This document shows positions 26,344 through 33,395 of a stretch of 33,395 nt of DNA, in pieces. The notes below the pieces were generated by a model. The model saw nothing but the letters and a program-made list of their open reading frames with translations. It had not been told where the DNA came from and did no database searches. Origin of the DNA: a virus (taxonomy: Duplodnaviria; Caudoviricetes); IMG/VR virus record IMGVR_UViG_3300036783_000094, positions 1 to 33,395 of that record, one strand, 5' to 3'. The position numbers were made by a program, and so were the translations under genes. The first letter of the stretch is position 1. Every line of letters begins with the position of its first letter.

Positions 26344-26893
26344 TATCCAGAAACTAAGCCTACGAGATATCCTACCACCGAGTATTGCGAACGATCCGGC
26401 TATTGCTGCTGCAGCCGCTGCACTGGATACAGAGTTACAGGTGACCACATCGGAGATCCGTAAGTTAGACATTCTTGGACGATCTGAGGAATGGAGCAGC
26501 GAGGAGGTTGACGAACTGGCATGGCAGTACAAACCTCCTTACTATGATCCGGATTTGCCTTTGGAACAGCGGCGTGAGCTGGTTAGAACAGCCATACAAT
26601 TTCACCGAAAGAAAGGGACTCCTAGAGCTGTTGAGGATCTAGTTAAGCTGCTCTTTGGTGAGGGGCGTGTGGAAGAATGGTTTGAATACGGAGGACGTCC
26701 CTACCACTTTCAAGTCATAACCAATAATTCTGACGTGACAAATGCCCGAGCTCAAGAGTTTATTCAAGCGGTGGATTCAGTGAAACGTCTTTCAGTAGTT
26801 TTGGATCGGGTTACAATCTCGCAAACAGAAGATTTAGAATTATATTTCGGTGTAGCCCTTCACATGGGCGAAACCATGAGAGTAGGGGAATAA
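26336..26893 (+). CDS. Baseplate/tail protein I
   Basis: DELAWQ, HRKKGT..AVE, EWFEYGG.PYHF. Confidence 0.9.
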   Translation: MIDIQKLSLRDILPPSIANDPAIAAAAAALDTELQVTTSEIRKLDILGRSEEWSSEEVDELAWQYKPPYYDPDLPLEQRRELVRTAIQFHRKKGTPRAVEDLVKLLFGEGRVEEWFEYGGRPYHFQVITNNSDVTNARAQEFIQAVDSVKRLSVVLDRVTISQTEDLELYFGVALHMGETMRVGE

Positions 26894-29800
26894 ATGGGCG
26901 CATTTGGGAGTTTTACTCTAACAAACAAGGGCAGGACGCTTCAGTCAAAAGCCCAAGCTGGATCAAAGCTAAATTACACAAGGATTGCAGTCGGGAGTGG
27001 TCAACTCGGTGGGCAGTCTATTTTATTGCTTAATGGACTTATTGATCAGAAAAAATCATTACCTGTAACACGACTGAGAATGCAACCACCAAACAAAGCT
27101 ATTATTGGTACGGTTCTATCAAATCAAGACGTAACAACAGGATTCTACTTCCGGGAAATTGGCGTATTTGCTCAAGATCCTGATGAGGGAGAAATCCTAT
27201 ATTGCTATACTAACGCGGGAACCGATGCTGAATATATACCTGCTGTTGGAGGTAGCAATGTAATCGAAAAGACCATTGATTGTATTGTGGTAATTGGTAC
27301 AGCGTCAAATGTATCTGCTACAATCGATGATTCTTTGGTATTTACAAGAGAATCTGAATTTAACGCTAAGTTTGACGCATCCGGAGGACATAAACACACC
27401 GGAGCTGCAGGCGATGGTCCTAAGATCACAGCAGCAGGACTAGCCGCAGGCGCTGCTAATGATGTTGCTATTGGTGACCGTACTGCTGATCCAGCTACGG
27501 GTACTGCTTATGGTTTAAAGGGTTCCATCACTCAATGGTTTTCTTGGCTTACTAAGTATCTGAAAGCCATCACAGGTAAAGCTAATCCATTCGACACACC
27601 TGACATTACGCTGGCTGCGACTAAGACACACGTTGATGACACTACAAGGCACATCACATCCGCAGAGCGTACTGCTTGGAATGCAGCAGAGAGTAACGCC
27701 AAGAATGCATCTATTCCCAAGACAGAGAAGGGCGTGGCTGGAGGCGTAGCTACCTTAGACGCCGCAAAGCTCATGTTAGCTGATGGTTCTATGCTCAATG
27801 GTAGGGTTGTTGAAAGGGTATTTAACTTCTCGTTTGCCAACGGAGTCGCCAATCAAAAGATTGATGTTATTTTTCCAGTTAACGGAGGAATTTACGAGAT
27901 CGAGGTTATAGGTTCATTCAACACCGTAAACACTGCTGGTAAATTAGTTAAAAGGTTTAATGGGACGTATTCTACCCCCGCATCTTACCTAACCGGAACA
28001 CAGTACACAGAAGTAACCGGAGCCGTGAAAAACCATATATCTATTGGCGAACCTTTTTTTGACACAGAATTATCAAAATGGCGAGTTCCGTTAGAATCAC
28101 GTACAACAGCACCAAACCCGTTCACGGTAATTGCAAGGGTTATTAGTGGTAGCCAAAGTCTTGCTAGTTCACCAGCTATTAGTGCGGTTTATACGGGGTC
28201 TGCAACCACACTCCCTGTAGCAGTTCAAGTAATACCAGATGATACAGAGACACAATCAGGTTACAAAATTCAGAAGCACCAGCTCACTGATAATAGTGGA
28301 AAGGTCATCCGTCTCGCCCCTAGTACTGACTTAAACACCGTTAACCGCAATGGACAGTATGATGGCTACCCTCTTATAAATGCACCTAGTAACAACACGG
28401 GTGCTTGGTTCTTTATAGAAGTATTCGCACACTCACAAAACCCCGACAATATATTCTTCCAACGGGCTACTACGTTCGCCACTGTACCTAGATCGTACAT
28501 TCGGGAGTGCTATAACAGTGTTTGGGGAGAGTGGATCGAGGAGGAAAACGTGGGTCGAAAGAACATTGCTAATGGTTATGCTGGGCTGGACGCTAACGCC
28601 CTTTTACCCGATGCGCGGATATCGGGAAACATCGCCAGAATATCTCAGCAAGTTCCCGCGAGCACAGATTTGAATGAGTTCAGAAACGAGGGAGACTACT
28701 TCTGCCCGAGCAATGCAACAGCCGCAACTATTTTAAATATGCCTACTGCTATTGCGGGACAGTCTTTCTACCTCAGGAATAACAGGCATGCTGGAGCTAA
28801 CCAGACCATAGTGTCCTACAACTCTACAACATTTAAAATCTACACACGTAACTTTTACTCTTCCGCTAACCCTCAATGGTCACCTTGGCAGGAAATAGAG
28901 ACATCTGCTTCTAAAAACGTGGCAAATGGTTATGCTGGACTAGACTCAAGCGCTAAAGTAGCTCGTGTTAACACCTACAATTCCTTATCTGGTACAGATT
29001 CGGGTGTCCCTAATTTGGACACTTTGTATACAGCGGGGGTTCACCCTGTTGCGAATAATGCTATTGGAGCGCCTGAAACTGGATACGGTCAAGTTTTAAT
29101 ACACGTCAGCGCAGGAGAAACACATAACAACCTAAACAACTGGATATGGCAGATGTGGTTTGGGGTAACCGGAGGAACTTGGGTACGTCAAAAAGTGAAT
29201 AATGGAATTTGGCAGCCGTGGGGTAAACTATGGACTGGTAAGAATGACTCAGATTTGTTTGTATCAAGACCGCTAATTGCAAATAACGCGGACTACAACA
29301 CAATAGTTACTAACGGAGCCTATACTATCTATCAGCCTACAGGGACAACAAACGCACCGCCTGTTAATTACGGATTACTAATAGTTTCAAAAGGGGATAC
29401 GAGTACCAACTACGCTAAGCAGGAAGTCGTGGAGGTTACCACTGGTATTACGTACTCAAGAACGCGTAGCGGAGCAGGTAACGTTTGGACACCTTGGGTA
29501 ATCAACGTCACAAGTGATAAAAGGAATGTTGCTAATGGATATGCGGGACTTGATTTAGGGGCATTTGTTAATCCGGCTAACTTGCCATACGGTGGAGTTA
29601 TAAATTTACTTGCGGACTCGGGTAGATTTATGGGTACTGACGGAGACCCTAGATCATTGCAACTCACTACTTCATTCGCTAACAACTCTTTTTTCGCTCC
29701 TTATAACGGAACTACAGTCACTAGTGGTGGCAGGTTCTACCACGATAATTCCACTAACGGAGGGACAAACGGGGCGTTAACGGAGGACGTCACCAGTCTT

Positions 29801-31654
29801 CTAACGGCTACAGGTCTAGGGGGTTCGAGATATGGGACTGAATTTTATATAGCCTCCTATACAATGGGTTCTGGGGTAGGCAATCAGGGAACCGTTGCAG
29901 GAACATATCTAATGACTGTGAACAACAATTTCCCTGCTGGTGGGGTTGACAAGCTATTTACTGTATCCTTCTGGATAAGGGTTAAATCCGGCAAAAACGC
30001 CATCATAACCAAAGAAGCTAGATTACGAAAAAACGGTGTAACTATGTCTGGTAGTATCACTTTGACTCCTGCTGATGGATGGGTACACATTGAAAAAACA
30101 ATACCCTCATCAAATGGGTATTCGAATGCCGCCCCAAATATTTTTGCGACGTCGGGGGACGTAGTTCAGATTGCTATGCCTGTAGTCGTTCCGGGCGCAA
30201 TGGGTGTTGGTGTCCATATTTCACCTGTTATGGGTTCTTCGTTAGGTTTCGTCCCTTTGCCAGCGACTTCATACACTGCCGCTGATATTTTATTAAAGTT
30301 GCTTACAGTAGATGGGGTGGGTAGTGGGTTGGATGCTGATTTACATGCTGGGAAAAACATGGGGGAAATCGCAAACGGCACCTTAACCTATGCTGGGTTA
30401 ACTAAAGGAACAGCTCCAGCGTTAACAGCAAGTATCGCTGGTGGTGTCATAACATCTCTTATAGCTGGAGATCGAATATCTTTTAAAGCACATGCAGCTA
30501 CAACAGGTCCGGTTACACTCAATGTAAATGGGCTAGGCGCAAAATCTATCAAAAAGCCAAACGGCAATAACCCGCCTTTGGCTCTTGGTGGTGTCTATAC
30601 AGTTGTATATGATGGTACGGCTTTTATCTTACAGGGTGAAGGGGGTGAATATGGAACAGCAACAGCGGCGGACGTAATAGCAGGTAAGACGATAGGGACA
30701 GAAAGCGGACTTGTAACAGGTACAATTCCTCTAAGAACAAGTTTAAATGGGGTTAACGGTACCGATAATCATGATGCCACTCAAATGTATGTAGGGGCGC
30801 TAACTGGCGGAGATTCAAACACATATGTATATCTGAAGCCGAACCCAACAGACGGAAGTCGTGTGGCCTATGAGGGGGCTTTATGGCTAAGATATAAAGA
30901 AAATAACCTAAATCCTGCTAACTATCTGCAAGGCAAGCCGATGTTTGGTAGGGATGGAGCTATTGAGCAGAGGTCAATGCACACTTCTGGAGCATCCTTA
31001 TATTGGGAGGGCGGAAGCAACACGCTTTACGGTCGCATCCCCTTTGGCGCTTATCTAACTCCAGTCGCGGGTATGGCTAATCCAGAGGTGACATTTTCCA
31101 GGGCTCAGATGGTGGCGGCGGAACCTACGCTTAACGGGGCGAATATTAGGGCGGGAACGGCTATTTTCGGGACGGCGGGCTCGCTCCAACCCTGGGTCGG
31201 CGGGCTTACATCAGTTGACTTTTCAACGCAGGCTGGGGCTGAAGGTAGGACCGAGGAGATGTTTAGATTTCCAGCTGGATTCACTATAGGATCGTTTGCT
31301 GGTTCGATCCTTTTCGGAACGTCAAACAACAACAGCCACCAGGATCATTCAATCGTACTGCAGGATATCCATGGAAATAGGTTAGTGCTAATTCGTCACT
31401 TTGTGGACGGATGGTCGATGAGCACAACACAGCAAGCTACGGGGCTAATAGTAGATAAGCGGTCGCGGCGAATTACAATGCCTAGTAGCCAATATATGCA
31501 GGGCTTCGGTCACGATGGGGACATTGCGGCGGACGGATCTTTCTCGAAGCCGTTCAATATGGATGGTGAGGTAATGTTGGTTCACGTCGTAGTAGCATCG
31601 CTCGGCGGAGGTTTCTCTACTGCCTCTGCACGCGGAGCCGCGGTATGGAATTAG
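26894..31654 (+). CDS. Tail fibre (1586 aa) with repeated knob-like modules
   Basis: N-terminal LTNKG...REIGVFA baseplate anchor; ANGYAGLD repeats; W..W modules; GSGLDAD; TLNVNGLGAK; TATAADVIAGKT. Confidence 0.93.
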   Translation: MGAFGSFTLTNKGRTLQSKAQAGSKLNYTRIAVGSGQLGGQSILLLNGLIDQKKSLPVTRLRMQPPNKAIIGTVLSNQDVTTGFYFREIGVFAQDPDEGEILYCYTNAGTDAEYIPAVGGSNVIEKTIDCIVVIGTASNVSATIDDSLVFTRESEFNAKFDASGGHKHTGAAGDGPKITAAGLAAGAANDVAIGDRTADPATGTAYGLKGSITQWFSWLTKYLKAITGKANPFDTPDITLAATKTHVDDTTRHITSAERTAWNAAESNAKNASIPKTEKGVAGGVATLDAAKLMLADGSMLNGRVVERVFNFSFANGVANQKIDVIFPVNGGIYEIEVIGSFNTVNTAGKLVKRFNGTYSTPASYLTGTQYTEVTGAVKNHISIGEPFFDTELSKWRVPLESRTTAPNPFTVIARVISGSQSLASSPAISAVYTGSATTLPVAVQVIPDDTETQSGYKIQKHQLTDNSGKVIRLAPSTDLNTVNRNGQYDGYPLINAPSNNTGAWFFIEVFAHSQNPDNIFFQRATTFATVPRSYIRECYNSVWGEWIEEENVGRKNIANGYAGLDANALLPDARISGNIARISQQVPASTDLNEFRNEGDYFCPSNATAATILNMPTAIAGQSFYLRNNRHAGANQTIVSYNSTTFKIYTRNFYSSANPQWSPWQEIETSASKNVANGYAGLDSSAKVARVNTYNSLSGTDSGVPNLDTLYTAGVHPVANNAIGAPETGYGQVLIHVSAGETHNNLNNWIWQMWFGVTGGTWVRQKVNNGIWQPWGKLWTGKNDSDLFVSRPLIANNADYNTIVTNGAYTIYQPTGTTNAPPVNYGLLIVSKGDTSTNYAKQEVVEVTTGITYSRTRSGAGNVWTPWVINVTSDKRNVANGYAGLDLGAFVNPANLPYGGVINLLADSGRFMGTDGDPRSLQLTTSFANNSFFAPYNGTTVTSGGRFYHDNSTNGGTNGALTEDVTSLLTATGLGGSRYGTEFYIASYTMGSGVGNQGTVAGTYLMTVNNNFPAGGVDKLFTVSFWIRVKSGKNAIITKEARLRKNGVTMSGSITLTPADGWVHIEKTIPSSNGYSNAAPNIFATSGDVVQIAMPVVVPGAMGVGVHISPVMGSSLGFVPLPATSYTAADILLKLLTVDGVGSGLDADLHAGKNMGEIANGTLTYAGLTKGTAPALTASIAGGVITSLIAGDRISFKAHAATTGPVTLNVNGLGAKSIKKPNGNNPPLALGGVYTVVYDGTAFILQGEGGEYGTATAADVIAGKTIGTESGLVTGTIPLRTSLNGVNGTDNHDATQMYVGALTGGDSNTYVYLKPNPTDGSRVAYEGALWLRYKENNLNPANYLQGKPMFGRDGAIEQRSMHTSGASLYWEGGSNTLYGRIPFGAYLTPVAGMANPEVTFSRAQMVAAEPTLNGANIRAGTAIFGTAGSLQPWVGGLTSVDFSTQAGAEGRTEEMFRFPAGFTIGSFAGSILFGTSNNNSHQDHSIVLQDIHGNRLVLIRHFVDGWSMSTTQQATGLIVDKRSRRITMPSSQYMQGFGHDGDIAADGSFSKPFNMDGEVMLVHVVVASLGGGFSTASARGAAVWN

Positions 31655-31894
31655 AAGGAGGAAGTTACTGGACTAGATTTCAGACCGACGTATGTACGTG
31701 CTTGGCAAGATATCTACCCAGAGACTTGGTTCATACTAACCAAAAACTATTTAATATGGGCTGATGCCTTCCCAATGGGATGGATTCACAGCACAGGTAG
31801 CGGCTCTAACTCAGAAATATATATTAGCGACAATGGGTTTCAAATGACGGGAAACATTGCTGCTAATAGAACTATCGTATGGGAAGCTTGGTAA
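31655..31894 (+). pseudogene. Start-less alternative fibre C-terminal domain, in frame behind the fibre stop
   Basis: 79 stop-free codons KEEVTGLDFRPTYV...SDNGF...IVWEAW then TAA. Confidence 0.6.
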
Positions 31895-31913
31895 TAAGAG
31901 AGGGGTATTAATT

Positions 31914-32498
31914 ATGGAAATTGGAATGAAAATATATTTTGAAAAAGCAACAGGAAACGTGATTGTTAATACAGGAGAACAAGTTGGAAGGTTGGTAGTT
32001 GAAACAACAGAAGACCAGGATTTCGCAACATACAAAGCACTGGCTGAACGGGTCCGTGAAACTATTGGCGTAGTAAAGCTCAAGTTCGGACAGTTCCGTC
32101 GAGAGTTCGCGGAGTGTAATGCCTACCGCGTTAATCCCGAAACCGAAGATTTAGAGTTTACCTATCCTGGCGAGGTTCCAGCAGAGGTGCTAATTAAACG
32201 TATCGAAATGGTAGAGGGAGAAAGTGCTAAGACTGCACAGGAGCTAGAGCAAACCAATATGAAACTCAAGCAGACAGAAACGCAACTTGCTGAGTCGTTG
32301 GAGAGACTGGGGCAAACTGAAACCCAATTGCAAGAAGCGCAGCTTGCTCTTACAGAAAATTATGAAGAGTTACAGACTGCCAAACAAGAGTCGGCAGACG
32401 CACAATTGGCGCTCACAGAGCTTTATGAGCTGGTACTTGCCGGACAACCCGTAGTACCTACAGAACCTGTAGTGGGAGGTGAAATAGACAATGCCTAA
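31914..32498 (+). CDS. Tail fibre-associated protein with coiled-coil repeats
   Basis: KIYFEKATGNVI N-terminus; duplicated AQLALTE.YE; ATG 31914 after GAGGGG. Confidence 0.75.
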   Translation: MEIGMKIYFEKATGNVIVNTGEQVGRLVVETTEDQDFATYKALAERVRETIGVVKLKFGQFRREFAECNAYRVNPETEDLEFTYPGEVPAEVLIKRIEMVEGESAKTAQELEQTNMKLKQTETQLAESLERLGQTETQLQEAQLALTENYEELQTAKQESADAQLALTELYELVLAGQPVVPTEPVVGGEIDNA

Positions 32499-32592
32499 AG
32501 TATATGCAAGTTTGATTCGCAAGGATCTGAAGACACTGGATCAGGTACCTGAAATCATTCGTGAGGAAGTAGCAGCACTGCTAAAAGAATAG
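32491..32592 (+). CDS. Small CD1375/XkdX-like protein (33 aa), absent from ORF track
   Basis: GGAGGTG RBS; MPKVYASLIRKDLKTLDQVPEIIREEVAALLKE. Confidence 0.8.
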   Translation: MPKVYASLIRKDLKTLDQVPEIIREEVAALLKE

Positions 32593-32605
32593 ATTAAATT
32601 GCTAG

Positions 32606-32660
32606 CGCCACATAGTAGGCGTTTTTATTTTGCCCTCGGGATTGCCGGGGGCTATTTATA
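32606..32660 (+). terminator. Terminator-like hairpin pair before lysis genes
   Basis: GCGCC-acatagta-GGCGT plus T run, then GCCCTCGG-gattg-CCGGGGGC. Confidence 0.5.
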
Positions 32661-32688
32661 TTGGGAGGATTAGAGAGGGGGAGTAGGG

Positions 32689-32973
32689 ATGTCAGGAGGA
32701 GGCGGAGTCTTGGGAACAGAGGATAAACTTGTGGAAATTCAGATACAGTTGGCCAGAATCGAAAAGACACTTGAAGCAGTACCTGCCCTAACAACGACTA
32801 TTGAAGCCACGCGAGATTTAGCGCGTGAAGCTATGCAATCTACTAAATCAGCGCATCATAGGTTAGACAGGATTGAGGATGCACAACGCTGGCTTTGGAG
32901 GACTGTTGGTGGGGCAATCATTACAGTGATTATAGGGGCCATTGTGGTGGCTATCAGAATGGGAGGAAACTAA
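32689..32973 (+). CDS. XhlA-family holin-like protein
   Basis: LARIE, KSAHHRLD, WLWRT then one C-terminal TM helix; start may be TTG 32710. Confidence 0.85.
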   Translation: MSGGGGVLGTEDKLVEIQIQLARIEKTLEAVPALTTTIEATRDLAREAMQSTKSAHHRLDRIEDAQRWLWRTVGGAIITVIIGAIVVAIRMGGN

Positions 32974-33395
32974 GTGATTAAAGACAAATACCCGATTGAA
33001 CGGCGTTATATTAATAAGCGTCAAAATGTACGACCCGGCACCCGTTTAACATCGGGAACGCCGGGTTTTTTAGTTGCTCATGACACTGGAAATCCAGGGG
33101 CAACTGCGGATAACCACTTTACTTATTTTCAAAATCTTAAAGACCGCTCAGCCTCGGCTCAGACATTCATTGACGATAAAAAGATTTTAGAGATCATCCC
33201 AGCAGGAACGGGTCCAGATCCAGCAGAAAAGGCTTGGCATGTCCTTTACAGCGTTACTACTGATAATAAGCTTTATGGAGATGATGCTAATGATATCGCT
33301 CTAGGTGTGGAGCTATGTTATGGCGGCAAGATAAATACCATTGAAGCATACAAGCGCCTTGTCTGGTATATGGCCTACTGCTGTGACAAGTGGGG
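32974..33395 (+). CDS. N-acetylmuramoyl-L-alanine amidase endolysin (Amidase_2), truncated by window end
   Basis: GTG start after GGAGG; VAHDTGN, ASAQTFID, EKAWHV, GVELC. Confidence 0.9.
   Translation, partial: MIKDKYPIERRYINKRQNVRPGTRLTSGTPGFLVAHDTGNPGATADNHFTYFQNLKDRSASAQTFIDDKKILEIIPAGTGPDPAEKAWHVLYSVTTDNKLYGDDANDIALGVELCYGGKINTIEAYKRLVWYMAYCCDKW

Larger units (their letters stand above)
3200..33395 (+). mobile_element. Prophage (myovirus type; lambda-like head, P2-like contractile tail), right end outside window
   Basis: Integrase at an interrupted gene followed by terminase, portal, capsid, sheath, tube, tape measure, baseplate, fibre and lysis genes. Confidence 0.95.

Noticed and set aside
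9298-31332. Numerous antisense or alternate-frame ORFs over structural genes (e.g. 16182..16763, 10522..10983)
   Set aside because: Shadow ORFs of well-supported genes with no RBS or recognisable motifs
26894-31894. Diversity-generating retroelement or invertase shufflon acting on the fibre
   Set aside because: No reverse transcriptase, TR/VR pair, inverted tip cassettes or adjacent invertase seen in the window
17391-33395. Stand-alone tailocin or contractile injection system
   Set aside because: Terminase, portal and capsid genes are present and intact upstream

Overview
Low-GC Gram-positive (Paenibacillus-like, inferred from gene content) chromosome segment. Bases 1-~3200 are host DNA: a hypothetical gene, a lipoprotein GH13 alpha-amylase and the 5' part of a NitT/TauT (YtlA-like) ABC substrate-binding protein gene. 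That gene is broken at ~3200 by a prophage that runs past the window end. The prophage begins with a large serine integrase coupled to a small Xre-type HTH gene, a divergent promoter/operator and two tiny ORFs. Next come a ~390-nt structured non-coding region with two aberrant tRNA-like elements, two AT-rich morons (a proteasome-beta/Ntn-fold protein and a SIR2-like DUF4917-type protein), and an orphan lambda-style iteron origin. A complete-looking late operon follows: lambda-like head, P2-like contractile tail, modular tail fibre, XhlA and a truncated amidase. No replication initiator, helicase or late activator gene is visible between the att junction and the terminase. The most notable points are a sigmaK-type promoter on the interrupted host gene (possible developmental excision), the tRNA-mimic RNA cluster, the Thr-protease/SIR2 moron pair with RBS-occluding hairpins, the orphan origin, and an in-frame second fibre tip behind the fibre stop codon. 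All family assignments come from motif recognition, not database searches.
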